Position numbers and translations under genes: made by a program
Notes under the pieces: model-generated
Database searches by the model: none
Told to the model about the DNA's origin: nothing
The model's input: only the letters and a program-made list of their open reading frames with translations
In this document: one piece after another, positions 27,672 through 38,169 of the stretch
How positions within the stretch are numbered: the stretch's first letter is position 1
Layout: each line of letters opens with the position of its first letter
From: an uncultured Desulfospira sp.
Lineage (GTDB): Bacteria > Desulfobacterota > Desulfobacteria > Desulfobacterales > Desulfobacteraceae
Length of the DNA stretch: 64,000 nucleotides
Direction: 5' to 3'
NCBI GenBank assembly: GCA_963663165.1
Contig: OY760175.1
Location: forward strand, 1,248,001 to 1,312,000

Positions 27672-28910
27672 TTATGCTTTCTTAAAAAGCAGAACTGAAA
27701 TCATGAGGTTTCCGTGGCGATTTCCGCCATTGAGAAAACAGCCCTGTTCACCATAGGTAAAGGTCCCGAGAAAAGGGGTATCCGGCAGGGCCGCCCGGAT
27801 ACTGTCCACCACCTCTTCGAGACGGTCATGAACGGTGAGCATGCAGCCGGCACAATACACCACCAGGGCGCCGGCAACCTCCTCAGGCGATGACAGATAG
27901 GTATCAATGGCAGACGTGGCAACCCGGCCGGCCCGGGCGATGAGGCTGTCCACCGTTCCCCGCATCAGAACCACTTCATCTCCGGTATTGATGTCGGAAA
28001 AAAGGGTCAACTCTCCCCGGGGCGTCACAGAATCCGGATGACTGAGCTGAAAATAAGGGATATCGCCAATGTGGCCAGCCACCCGCCCAAGGGGATTTAA
28101 GCTGGTTTGCGAAAGGATTTTACCGCCCGAGGCAAGTTGATCTTTAATGATGCCGCCCGTCCATTCATTATATGTATGTGCCGCGGGGCGGCCATCAATT
28201 TCAGACAGCGTCCGCCGGCCTGTCTGGGTGGCGATTCCTTTTTTCTGCGTCGCTTCATACCCGCCGGCTTTGGTGATAAGCCCTTTTACATCGGTTGGTT
28301 CATAACCGCTGTGAAAGCAGAACATCACCTCAGAAGACGGGAACAGGGTGGTAACCACCACCCCGTTGGTATAAACGGAATGGTTATCAAACTGCTTCCA
28401 TGAACCGTCTAATGCATTATCCGCAGAACTGCCCCCCGCCACCGGGACATCATCGCCAAAGATATTGGCGATGCCGTGGAGAAGCGCCTCTTCACATCCA
28501 GGCGCCGAGGACAACCAGACCATGGCCGGGACTTCACCCGGGCAGTCGGCATTGGCCAGGGCCTGGTTGACGGCTGTTTCAGCCGCCCGGAGCGGGTTAT
28601 CGCCAATGGATGCCGCCCCGACGCCAAACCCGCCCTGGGGATCAGCGATCCCAAGCATGGCCAGCCCCTCATTATTTTCAGATGCAACCCCCCTTTGGGT
28701 CATTACACCGGCACATGATGTACTGCCGTGAATGGCAACATTTGGGGTTAATTCAAGCACAATGTCAACGATACAAGAGATGTCATAGCCAATGGAACAG
28801 TATACAAAAAGCAAATCCGGGGCTGTATCCAGCTCACGCATCAGCTGACGGTAGATTTCTTTTATGGCTTCAGGCTGTATTTTGGTGGTGGACGCTGAGG
28901 CAATTTTCAT
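27672..28910 (-). CDS. FIST (NosP-like) signal-transduction protein
   Basis: GSTSCAG, VAGGSSADN, EIDGRPAA, YCAGC, GTFTYGEQG, HGNLM. Confidence 0.88.
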   Translation of the reverse strand: MKIASASTTKIQPEAIKEIYRQLMRELDTAPDLLFVYCSIGYDISCIVDIVLELTPNVAIHGSTSCAGVMTQRGVASENNEGLAMLGIADPQGGFGVGAASIGDNPLRAAETAVNQALANADCPGEVPAMVWLSSAPGCEEALLHGIANIFGDDVPVAGGSSADNALDGSWKQFDNHSVYTNGVVVTTLFPSSEVMFCFHSGYEPTDVKGLITKAGGYEATQKKGIATQTGRRTLSEIDGRPAAHTYNEWTGGIIKDQLASGGKILSQTSLNPLGRVAGHIGDIPYFQLSHPDSVTPRGELTLFSDINTGDEVVLMRGTVDSLIARAGRVATSAIDTYLSSPEEVAGALVVYCAGCMLTVHDRLEEVVDSIRAALPDTPFLGTFTYGEQGCFLNGGNRHGNLMISVLLFKKA

Positions 28911-29036
28911 TCCGGCCTCCCTGAAAAATATAGTATAGAACTGTCATCACGGGCACGCTAAACACGATGTAAATTAGACGATAAATAAATCCTACCATAT
29001 GTTTTACACAATTTCCATACCTGCAAATCTTGCCCG

Positions 29037-29348
29037 CAGGGCAATCGCATGTAAAAAAAACAATCCATCCTGGAATAGGAAATACGGATAATCCAATAAA
29101 ATGTAATGGAGACCGGAAACCGGAAGAAGGGAGACCGGAATGCATCCTCCAAGGGAATCCAGCATCCGGCATCTATCGTTCCATTTTGGGTCAATGATAG
29201 GTAGGAGCGGGCCATGCCCTCCCGCTCAAACCAGGGAACTTGATGGTTTCGGTCTCCTGTCTCCCTTCCTCCGGTCTACGTTTTTTACATCCATATCCTT
29301 ATCCTCAAAATCGGCATCACCGGCAGGCAAGTTACATACGATCACCCC
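29037..29348 (+). mobile_element. MITE, copy A (same family as 53183-53383), with GGAGACC/GGAAACC heptamer core
   Basis: CAGGGCAATCGCATGTAA...TTACATACGATCACCC; both arms match the revcomp of copy B; no TSD. Confidence 0.75.
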
Positions 29349-29391
29349 AATTACATGGTTGAAGGGACTTTGCCGCCCTGTGTTCACGTTT

Positions 29392-31599
29392 TCAGTTGAC
29401 GGGCTTTTTCTTGATCTGGTTGATTAAATTTACCAGGCGCCGGTCGGTCTGGTGAAGCCGGTTGGCCAGGACCGTGAACAGGTGTTTGGCCACTTCCGGG
29501 TATTTTTCGATGATTTCCCCTAACTTGTCGCCGGGAAACCGCTTAATCTTTGAGCGGCCTTTGGAAATGATGGACGCAGAGCGCGGTTCCCCGGTAATGG
29601 CGGCCATTTCCCCGAAATAATCGCCGGGTTGGGTGATTTCGGCTATTTTTTTGCCGCCCTTGACCACGTAGAGGGCCCCGTGGACCAGTTTGAAAAAATC
29701 AATATCGGTATTGCCCTCCCGGATAATCACATCCTTATCTTCGTATTCCTCTATATCCGGATTCACCAGGTAGGCGGGCAAGGATTCTTTGGTGATGGTG
29801 GTTTTCTTTAGGACCTCTTCCAGTGAGGTTTCCGTTTGCCGGATCTTTTGAAGGCCGGCATCCCTCAGGGTCACCATGCCCTCGGATATGGCGACTTTGC
29901 GAAGCTGGTCTTCGGGGACCTCGGCGCTGATGGCCTTGGCCACCTCGTCGGTCACCTCCATGAGTTCGTAAAGCCCGACCCGGCCCTTGTACCCGGTGCC
30001 GTTGCAGTGGGGACACCCGTTGGGGCCGTAAATTTCAACGGAATCCACTTCGTTTTTGTCAAACCCGTAAAGCTCAAGGTCCTGGGGGTTATGACCGGTC
30101 ACCCGTTGTTTGCACTCCGGGCACAGCCGGCGGGCCAGGCGCTGGGACAAGACCATGGTAACGGCCGAGGCCAGCATGTAGGGCGGAATGCCGATATCCA
30201 CCAGACGGCCGATGGTGGAGGGGCAGTCATTGGTGTGCAACGTGGCAAACACCAGATGGCCTGTCATGGCGGCCTTGATGGCAATCTCCGCCGTGCCGAT
30301 ATCCCGGATCTCGCCCACCATGATGATATCCGGGTCCTGGCGCAAAAAGGCCTTGAGGGCGGCGGCAAAGGTCATGCCCACTTCATCTTTGACCGGCACC
30401 TGGTTGATGCCCTTGAAGTTGAACTCTACCGGGTCTTCTGCGGTCAGGATCTTGATGTCGTCTTTGTTGAGCCGGTTGAGAAGAGAGTACAGGGTAGTGG
30501 TTTTCCCTGACCCGGTAGGGCCTGTGACCAGCAGCAGCCCGTATGGCCTTGAAATACACCGTTTGAGCATATCAAAGGTGGACGACTCAAACCCGAGCCG
30601 GGTTAAGTCAATGCTCAGGGCGCTCTGATCCAGGATACGCATGACAATGCTTTCGCCAAACAGGGTGGGCAGGGTAGACACCCGGAAATCCACCGACTTT
30701 CTTTTGCCCAGCCGCAGCTTGATCCGGCCGTCCTGGGGCACCCTGCGCTCAGCAATGTCCAGCTGGGCCAAAATTTTGATACGGGAAACAACGGCGTTTT
30801 TGATGGTCACCGGCAGGTTCATGGCCTTGTACATGGAGCCGTCCAGGCGGTACCGGACCTGAAAGGACTTTTCAAAGGGCTCAATATGAATGTCCGATAC
30901 CCCGTCGTTAATGGCCTTGGTTAAAATCCCGTTGACTAGCTTGATGATGGGTGCATCCGAGGCCATGAACTCGTCTTTGTCATCATCCCGGTCGGCGTGG
31001 GCCACCTCAACTTCCTCGGCCGCCTCGGATACCAGGCTGCCAAAGTCTTCTACTGCCGTGACCGGGACGTCTTCTTCAACGTCCTCTTCAAAATAAAGAA
31101 AGGTTTTATACTCTTCATCACTGATTTTATAAAAATCCCGGTAGGCCTGGATAATATCGTTTTCCGTGGACACAAACACATTGATGTTCTTGCCCGTAAC
31201 TTTGGTGAGTTCTTCCACAAGGGTGGTGTCTGTGGGTTCTGCCATGGCCACGGACAGGCTGTCCCCGGACAGTTTAAGGGGGAAAACCATCCGGGTTTTG
31301 GCCTGTTCAAAGGGGAGGGCCTTCATGGCTTCAGGCTGGGGCTTGATCTCGGAAAAGCGGATCACATTATAGTTGTAGAGCCGCCCTAAAACATTCACAA
31401 TGGTGTCCGGGTCAATATACCCTTTGTTGAGCAGAATGGAAGACAGCCGCTCCTGGGTTTTTTTATGAACGGCCAAGGCTTCGTCCAGCTGAATACTGGT
31501 AATCTGTCCTTCTTTTGAGAGAATCTCCCCGATCTTGACTTTTCCGGCCCCGGACTGATCCTTGATGGTTGCTTTAAGGCTTGAACCTGATTTTGCCAT
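29392..31599 (-). CDS. pilB: Type IV pilus assembly ATPase PilB with C-terminal cNMP-binding domain
   Basis: MshEN-like N-terminus, SDIHIEP, GPTGSGKTTT, LRQDPDIIMVGEIRD, CxxC pairs; C-terminal IIREG...GDYFGEMA...PRSAS. Confidence 0.92.
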   Translation of the reverse strand: MAKSGSSLKATIKDQSGAGKVKIGEILSKEGQITSIQLDEALAVHKKTQERLSSILLNKGYIDPDTIVNVLGRLYNYNVIRFSEIKPQPEAMKALPFEQAKTRMVFPLKLSGDSLSVAMAEPTDTTLVEELTKVTGKNINVFVSTENDIIQAYRDFYKISDEEYKTFLYFEEDVEEDVPVTAVEDFGSLVSEAAEEVEVAHADRDDDKDEFMASDAPIIKLVNGILTKAINDGVSDIHIEPFEKSFQVRYRLDGSMYKAMNLPVTIKNAVVSRIKILAQLDIAERRVPQDGRIKLRLGKRKSVDFRVSTLPTLFGESIVMRILDQSALSIDLTRLGFESSTFDMLKRCISRPYGLLLVTGPTGSGKTTTLYSLLNRLNKDDIKILTAEDPVEFNFKGINQVPVKDEVGMTFAAALKAFLRQDPDIIMVGEIRDIGTAEIAIKAAMTGHLVFATLHTNDCPSTIGRLVDIGIPPYMLASAVTMVLSQRLARRLCPECKQRVTGHNPQDLELYGFDKNEVDSVEIYGPNGCPHCNGTGYKGRVGLYELMEVTDEVAKAISAEVPEDQLRKVAISEGMVTLRDAGLQKIRQTETSLEEVLKKTTITKESLPAYLVNPDIEEYEDKDVIIREGNTDIDFFKLVHGALYVVKGGKKIAEITQPGDYFGEMAAITGEPRSASIISKGRSKIKRFPGDKLGEIIEKYPEVAKHLFTVLANRLHQTDRRLVNLINQIKKKPVN

Positions 31600-31615
31600 T
31601 TACCTTATGTTCCAA

Positions 31616-31831
31616 CTATAGTGATTTGCGATTTTTATACACCCTGATACCGCCGGCCAGAACCAGCATGCCGCCCAGAATATAAAAACAGATTTTTACA
31701 AGAAGCATTTTCTGGCTGAAAAATTCGATTTGGGCGATCTGGGGCGTCACCTGAGGAATCCGATAGAATACGCCTAATCCAACGGCAATCAGCAGAATAC
31801 CATAATAAAACGCCAGTTTTTTTTTGTCCAT
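31616..31831 (-). CDS. Small two-TM membrane protein
   Basis: 71 aa, two hydrophobic helices, in operon context. Confidence 0.7.
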   Translation of the reverse strand: MDKKKLAFYYGILLIAVGLGVFYRIPQVTPQIAQIEFFSQKMLLVKICFYILGGMLVLAGGIRVYKNRKSL

Positions 31832-31837
31832 CTTAAA

Positions 31838-33679
31838 CTATTCCTCCTCCAGGGCCGCCAGTTGTTCATCAAATTCCCGGGCCCTGGTATCCATTTCGTC
31901 CATGTGGATTTCCAATTCTTCAAATAAAGACTCCACCGCTGCTTCAAGGGCGGCAAGTTCCTTTGACAGGTCCTGGATGGCTTTCACATCCTGGCTGGTG
32001 GAGGCCTCCAACAGCTGTTCATTGACCGTCTGGATCTTGTTCTCGTTTTCTTCAATGCTTTTTTCAAGCCTTTTGATTTTCTTTTGAAGGGGGGCAAGGG
32101 CTTTGGACCGCTGGGCCACAATGGCGGATTTCTGCCGGCGCAGCTTTTTCTTGTTGGGACCGGACGGCTTGGCTTTTTTGCTGCAGGGCAGCTCTTCTTC
32201 CTCCCACCCCTCTTTTTCAAGAAACTCCTGGTAAGTTCCCTCAAACAGGCTGATGCCGTCGGTTTTAAACACCACAAGCCTGGTGGCCAGGGCATGAAGA
32301 AACAGTTCGTTATGGGTGACCAGGATAACGGCTCCGCCAAAATCGGCCAGGGCTGCGGCCAAAGAATCACAGGCCTCAATATCCAGGTGGTTGGTGGGCT
32401 CGTCCAACAGCAGCAGATTTAAGGGGGACAAAAGCAGTTTGCCCAGCATGACCCTTGATTTTTCCCCGCCGGAAAGAACGCTGATTTTTTTTAAGGCCGC
32501 ATCCTGTTCAAACATCATGGCCCCGCAGACGTTTCTGGCCTTTTGCCGGTCAAAGTCAGGATGGGCGTTGATCAACTCATCTTCCACAGTAAAGGTATCG
32601 TTCAGGGTCTGGATGTTGGTCTGCTCAAAATACCCCATGCAAACCCCCGGGTTTAATTTAACACTGCCGGTTTTCTGTTGGAGATTGGCGCTCAACAGCT
32701 TGAGCAGCGTGGTTTTGCCCCGGCCGTTTTTCCCGATAATGGCCACCCGGTCCTGGGGGTAGACGGTCATGGAAAAATCTTTGATCAGTTCATTTTTCTT
32801 GTCCCAGGAAAAGGACAGGTCTTCAACAGCCATCACCTGCTTTCCGGCAAAGGGCAGATGGTTAAAGGAAAATTCCAGGCTTTTGATATGCTCAAGCTTG
32901 TCCTTGGTCTTGGTTTTTTCCAATGTCTTGATCCTTGACTGAACCATGTTGGCCAGCCTTGCCTTGGCCCGGAACCGGGTGATAAAGGTCTCGATTTCCT
33001 TGATTCGTTTTTCCTCGTTCTGCCGGGTTTTTTCGTAGACCTCTTCGTCCTGGGCCACCTGAAGGTAATATTTTTCGGTATTGCCCTGAATTTTCCGGAT
33101 TTTCTGCCGGTGGACCCCGGCGATATGGGTGACCACATTGTCCATAAACCCCCGGTCATGGGTGACCAACAGCACCTCTCGCGGCCATGAAATCAGAAAG
33201 CCTGTGATCCAGCGGATAGAGGTAATATCCAGATAGTTGGTGGGCTCGTCCAGGATCAGCAGATCCGGGTCCGACACCAGGACCTTGGAAAGGTTCAGCC
33301 GGACCTGATACCCGCCTGAAAACAGGGCCGGGGACTTTTTCATGTCTGAAACACTGAACCCTAAGCCGGCCAGGATTTTTTCCGCTTTCCAATAGTGATC
33401 TGCCTCGTGGGCAGGAAGCCCGAGCATGGCCTCATCAAGCACCGTATCTTTGGAAAACTTGATTTTCTGGGACAGCATCCCGATCCGGTAGTTTGACGGA
33501 CAGATGATTTTCCCCTGATCCGGGTGATCGGTCCCGGCTATCATATTCAAAAGGGTGGTTTTTCCGTGGCCGTTTCTTCCCACAAGCCCCACCCGCTCTC
33601 CCGGGTTGATCTGAAACCCGGTGTTGTCAAACAAAATCTGGTCTCCAAACCCTTTGGATATGGACTCAATGTTGAGCAT
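31838..33679 (-). CDS. ABC-F family ATPase
   Basis: Two ABC cassettes (GRNGHGKTT, GKNGRGKTT, LDEPTN) and a C-terminal coiled coil. Confidence 0.93.
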   Translation of the reverse strand: MLNIESISKGFGDQILFDNTGFQINPGERVGLVGRNGHGKTTLLNMIAGTDHPDQGKIICPSNYRIGMLSQKIKFSKDTVLDEAMLGLPAHEADHYWKAEKILAGLGFSVSDMKKSPALFSGGYQVRLNLSKVLVSDPDLLILDEPTNYLDITSIRWITGFLISWPREVLLVTHDRGFMDNVVTHIAGVHRQKIRKIQGNTEKYYLQVAQDEEVYEKTRQNEEKRIKEIETFITRFRAKARLANMVQSRIKTLEKTKTKDKLEHIKSLEFSFNHLPFAGKQVMAVEDLSFSWDKKNELIKDFSMTVYPQDRVAIIGKNGRGKTTLLKLLSANLQQKTGSVKLNPGVCMGYFEQTNIQTLNDTFTVEDELINAHPDFDRQKARNVCGAMMFEQDAALKKISVLSGGEKSRVMLGKLLLSPLNLLLLDEPTNHLDIEACDSLAAALADFGGAVILVTHNELFLHALATRLVVFKTDGISLFEGTYQEFLEKEGWEEEELPCSKKAKPSGPNKKKLRRQKSAIVAQRSKALAPLQKKIKRLEKSIEENENKIQTVNEQLLEASTSQDVKAIQDLSKELAALEAAVESLFEELEIHMDEMDTRAREFDEQLAALEEE

Positions 33680-33881
33680 TCATAAACACCTTTGTATCAT
33701 TTGTATCATTAACGGATTCCTAACTGTCCGTTATCGTTTTTTACGGTACAATATCACCCTGGAACTGATTTATAAACATAAGTTTTTTCTTGACTTGGAT
33801 TTTTAATTTTTTAATATTGAAAAATTGTTCAAAGTATTGTTCAGGACAACGCATGCAAACCGATATGACACAGGAACCAAC

Positions 33882-36602
33882 ATGACTAAATACATTTATG
33901 AATTCGGACCGGAAAGAACGGACGGTGATGCCTCCCAGAACAACCTTCTGGGGGGAAAAGGGGCCAACCTGGCTGAAATGGCAAAATTAGGGCTGCCGGT
34001 ACCTTCGGGCTTTACCATATCCACGGAATGCTGCAACCATTACTTTGAGCTGGGGGGCCGGTATCCGGACACCCTTCAAAAGGAAATTGACTCGGCCCTG
34101 GCCAATGTGGAAAAAGCCATGGGCATGGTGTTTGGCGATCCTGAAAATCCGTTGCTGGTCTCCTGCCGGTCCGGGGCAAGGTCTTCCATGCCCGGGATGA
34201 TGGAAACGGTACTCAATGTGGGGCTTTGTTCCAAAACCATTCCCGGGCTCATTGCCAAGACCGGGAACGAATGGTTTGTCTATGATGCCTACCGAAGGCT
34301 GATCATGATGTATTCGGATGTGGTCATGGAAAAGGCCGAGCAGATTGTGCCCAAAGACGGCATGGGAATCCGGCTTAATCTTGAAATGATGATGAACAAC
34401 CTTAAAAACGATAAAGGGTATGACAACGATACCGATATTTCCATAGAAGATCTAAAGTCCCTGTGTGACCGGTTCAAGAAAAAAATCAAAGAAAATTTAG
34501 GCCTTGATTTCCCCGATGATCCCCATGAACAGCTCATGGGCTCCATTGGGGCGGTGTTTAAATCCTGGAACGGGAAACGGGCCGTGTCCTACCGGCGCAT
34601 TGAGCATATCCCCGATTCCTGGGGCACAGCCGTTAATGTGCAGAGTATGGTCTTTGGCAACATGGGCAACACCTCGGCCACGGGTGTGGCCTTTACCCGG
34701 GACCCGGCCACCGGGGACAACAAGTTTTACGGCGAATGGCTGGTCAACGCCCAGGGCGAAGACGTGGTGGCCGGCATCCGGACCCCTAATCCGTTAAACA
34801 CGGACACCAAAACCCCCCAGAACAGCCACCTGGCTTCTTTAGAAGAATCCATGCCCGACATCTACCGGCAGCTGTTTGCCATCAGAAACCAGCTTGAAGC
34901 CCATTACAGTGACATGCAGGACATTGAGTTCACCATCCAGGAGGGCAAGCTTTACATGCTCCAGTGCCGGACCGGCAAACGGACCGCCACCGCTGCCCTG
35001 AACATGGCCATGGACATGTTCAAGGAGGGGATGATCGATGAACCCACCATGATCTGCCGCCTGGACCCCAAGGTGCTGGACGACATTCTCCACCCCATTG
35101 TGGACCCGGTTGAAGAAAAAACCGCCCCCAAAATTGCCGAAGGCCTGCCCGCAGGTCCCGGCGGTGCATTCGGCCAGATCGTGTTCACCGCTGAAGATGC
35201 GGTCCAGTGGACCAAAACCGGCAAAAAAGTCATTCTCATCAGAGAAGAAACCAACCCCGAAGATATTGAAGGCATGCGCGCCGCATCGGCCATTCTCACG
35301 GCCAGGGGCGGCATGACCAGCCATGCGGCCTTAGTGGCCCGGGGCTGGGGAAAATGCTGCATCGTGGGGGCCGGGGCCCTTAAAATCGACATGGAAACCC
35401 GGCAGGTTAAGGCCGGCACAAAAGTGTTCAGCGAGGGGGATGTGTTCACCCTGAACGGCACCAAAGGCATGGTCTATGAAGGGCAGCTGAACATGAAAAG
35501 CGCCTCTGAGAACCAGCGGTTCAAGGAATTTATGGCCATTGCCGACAAGTACCGGAAAATGAAGGTCAGAACCAATGCCGACACCCCGAAAGATGCCAAA
35601 ACCGCCCTTTCTTTCGGTGCCCAGGGCATCGGCCTTTTCAGGACCGAGCATATGTTTTACGGGGCCGATTCCGACCAGCCCTTATTTCTGCTCCGGAAAA
35701 TGATCTTGAGCCGGTCCACGGATGAACGGCAGCAGGCGTTAGATGAACTGTTTCCCTTTGTCAAACAGGAAGTCTACAATACCCTGAAGGTCATGGAAGG
35801 CCTTCCGGTCACCTTACGGCTCTTAGACCCGCCCCTTCACGAGTTTGTGCCCCAGTCCGACAAGAACCGGGCGGAAATTGCCAAAGCCCTGCACATTGAT
35901 GTTGAGGAGGTGGCCCGGCGCTCCGAATTATTAAAAGAGTCCAACCCCATGATCGGCCACCGGGGCGTCCGGTTGGGCATCACCTTTCCGGAAATTACCC
36001 GGATGCAGGTAAAGGCCATTTTTGAAGCCGCAGCCCAATTGACCAGTGAAGGCAGCCGTCCCGAGCCTGAAATCATGGTGCCGGTCACCTGCAATGAAAA
36101 GGAACTGACCTTTACCCGGGAAATCGTCCTGGCCTGCCACCGGGAGGTGATGGAAAAATTTAACTTAGACGCCCTGCCCTACATGTTCGGCACCATGATC
36201 GAAATCCCGAGAGCCGCCCTGATTGCCGACAAAATGGCCCAGACCGCAGAGTTCTTCTCTTTTGGCACCAACGACTTGACCCAGATGTCCTTTGGGTTTT
36301 CAAGGGATGACATCGGCTCGTTCATGAACGACTATATTGACAACGCCATCCTAAGTGCCGACCCCTTTGAAACCCTGGACCAGGAAGCCGTGGGCTCTTT
36401 GATTGAAATCGCTGCAGAACGGGGCCGGAAAACAAGGCCTGAGATCAAGCTTGGCATCTGCGGCGAACACGGCGGCGATCCGGCCTCTGTGGAGTTCTGC
36501 CACAGGACCGGCCTAAGCTATGTGTCCTGCTCCCCTTACCGGGTGCCCATTGCCCGGCTTGCTGCGGCCCAGGCGGCCATTAAGGAAACCGCGGGGAAAT
36601 AG
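33882..36602 (+). CDS. ppdK: Pyruvate phosphate dikinase
   Basis: GGKGANLAEM, RSGARSSMPGMM, GGMTSHAALVARGWGK, GIGLFRTEHMF, GICGEHGG. Confidence 0.97.
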   Translation: MTKYIYEFGPERTDGDASQNNLLGGKGANLAEMAKLGLPVPSGFTISTECCNHYFELGGRYPDTLQKEIDSALANVEKAMGMVFGDPENPLLVSCRSGARSSMPGMMETVLNVGLCSKTIPGLIAKTGNEWFVYDAYRRLIMMYSDVVMEKAEQIVPKDGMGIRLNLEMMMNNLKNDKGYDNDTDISIEDLKSLCDRFKKKIKENLGLDFPDDPHEQLMGSIGAVFKSWNGKRAVSYRRIEHIPDSWGTAVNVQSMVFGNMGNTSATGVAFTRDPATGDNKFYGEWLVNAQGEDVVAGIRTPNPLNTDTKTPQNSHLASLEESMPDIYRQLFAIRNQLEAHYSDMQDIEFTIQEGKLYMLQCRTGKRTATAALNMAMDMFKEGMIDEPTMICRLDPKVLDDILHPIVDPVEEKTAPKIAEGLPAGPGGAFGQIVFTAEDAVQWTKTGKKVILIREETNPEDIEGMRAASAILTARGGMTSHAALVARGWGKCCIVGAGALKIDMETRQVKAGTKVFSEGDVFTLNGTKGMVYEGQLNMKSASENQRFKEFMAIADKYRKMKVRTNADTPKDAKTALSFGAQGIGLFRTEHMFYGADSDQPLFLLRKMILSRSTDERQQALDELFPFVKQEVYNTLKVMEGLPVTLRLLDPPLHEFVPQSDKNRAEIAKALHIDVEEVARRSELLKESNPMIGHRGVRLGITFPEITRMQVKAIFEAAAQLTSEGSRPEPEIMVPVTCNEKELTFTREIVLACHREVMEKFNLDALPYMFGTMIEIPRAALIADKMAQTAEFFSFGTNDLTQMSFGFSRDDIGSFMNDYIDNAILSADPFETLDQEAVGSLIEIAAERGRKTRPEIKLGICGEHGGDPASVEFCHRTGLSYVSCSPYRVPIARLAAAQAAIKETAGK

Positions 36603-36648
36603 GAATAGGGGTAAGACAGGAGACGGAAGACAGGAGACCGAAAGCTCA

Positions 36649-36779
36649 AGGGTGGGCACGCTGTTTGTGCCCATCGGATGCTGCCATAACATTTGATTTA
36701 TCGTTAAAGAACAACATATTATATGGTCAGTGGTGGGCAACGCTACGCTGCTGCGCTGCTGCGCTTTTGTCCACCCTAC
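36649..36779. repeat. GTAG-type REP doublet (REPIN-like)
   Basis: AGGGTGGGCAC...GTGCCCATC and inverted GGTGGGCAA...TTGTCCACCCTAC, downstream of ppdK. Confidence 0.6.
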
Positions 36780-36942
36780 CGAGCTGACCGGAAACCGGAA
36801 AAAGGGAGACCGGAATGCGAAACCCCTAAGGATGCGCGATCCGGTCTCCTTTTCTCCGATTTTCTTTTTTTACATTAAATTTACCAACAATATCCGAATA
36901 TCATACCGGATTATAACTGCAGTTAGCCTACCAGACTTAAGT

Positions 36943-37986
36943 TCAGACATTCTGGCCAAAACATTCTATCATTTGGAGATAATCCTGAATAAGGGCCTGG
37001 GGCTTTTCCTGATCCGGCTGATCGATAAATTGAACCCCGGCAATGATTCGCTCTTCTTTTATTTTTGCGCTTTTTACTTTGCCCAGAAAATGGATTTCAT
37101 CTTTAAACCCGGGAAATGCGCACTTGAACGGAACAACGGCATTGACCAGGCTGTCCGGAATGTTTTCTTGAATTGAAAAGATCGGAATGCTGCACCGGCA
37201 CCCGCCCTTTCCGATATTTTCTAGGGTTCCGGTTATTTTTTTCCCATTCACCTGCATTTGAATGCCGATGCTGCATTTATACCGTTTATCGGATCGAAGC
37301 TCATGTTGCTCGATTTTCCGGGGATATTCGATAAACATCAGTTTCATTGGCTTGGAAATAATGTCCACAAGCTTTGATCGAAAGGCGTAAATGGTCCCCT
37401 TAACAATGGATTTTATGATCAAATCCTTTACTTTGAAAAGATCATGATCAACCTTTGCAAACATGGCCGGTGTTTTAAGCAGAAGGTATCTGCCCGGTTC
37501 CATTCCGACAAGGGTGCTCTGTAAAGGGGCGGCCATGCCGTCAAAACTGATAAAGAGCCTGGCACCGATTTCCATGTGCAGATCTTCATTTGCAGTTGTC
37601 CGGACCAGCTCTTTTTCAGGGAGCGGTCCGGATGGATGTCCGTTATCTGGTGGCGGGGGGAGCTGTTTAATTTCATCATAGTGCTGGGCACTATCCATTA
37701 ATATATCCATCAGGGAAAGATTGATAACGTTTTCTGTCCTTGAGTCGTTTTTGCCCACCTCAATGACAACGTCGTCCCAGGAAAGGATTTCATAAAGGGC
37801 CTGGACATTCTCTGAACGGGTTGTGGCCCCATCAACAATAACGCCGTTGAGAAAGAAAATTCTGCCAAAGTTGTTGCGGGTAAATACTTTCAGGGTACAG
37901 GTTTTTTCTTCGGTCTCCATCATCTGGAGAAAAGACGTCAGGCTTATTCCCGTAATTTGACCGCTGACTGGAGAAGAATACATCAT
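36943..37986 (-). CDS. DUF4388 plus YcgR-like PilZ-domain protein
   Basis: GISLTSFLQMMETEEKTCTL...GRIFFLNG; PilZ RSDKR and NIGKGG. Confidence 0.8.
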   Translation of the reverse strand: MMYSSPVSGQITGISLTSFLQMMETEEKTCTLKVFTRNNFGRIFFLNGVIVDGATTRSENVQALYEILSWDDVVIEVGKNDSRTENVINLSLMDILMDSAQHYDEIKQLPPPPDNGHPSGPLPEKELVRTTANEDLHMEIGARLFISFDGMAAPLQSTLVGMEPGRYLLLKTPAMFAKVDHDLFKVKDLIIKSIVKGTIYAFRSKLVDIISKPMKLMFIEYPRKIEQHELRSDKRYKCSIGIQMQVNGKKITGTLENIGKGGCRCSIPIFSIQENIPDSLVNAVVPFKCAFPGFKDEIHFLGKVKSAKIKEERIIAGVQFIDQPDQEKPQALIQDYLQMIECFGQNV

Positions 37987-38075
37987 TTTGCTTCTTTGCC
38001 CAAACGAGTTCTTAAGTTCTGTTGATGATACGTTAATTCTTTTTGCAGCACTTGCAAACGGGATCTTAAAAAAAA

Positions 38076-38129
38076 ATGGGGCTGGGCTCTTGAATCAAGG
38101 GCGCCCTTGATTCAAGAGCCCAGCCCCAT
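38076..38129. repeat. Perfect 54-bp palindrome
   Basis: ATGGGGCTGGGCTCTTGAATCAAGGGC|GCCCTTGATTCAAGAGCCCAGCCCCAT. Confidence 0.95.
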
Positions 38130-38169
38130 GACCATCTATATTGACACATTTTTTTTTTGAGAGCCCCGT

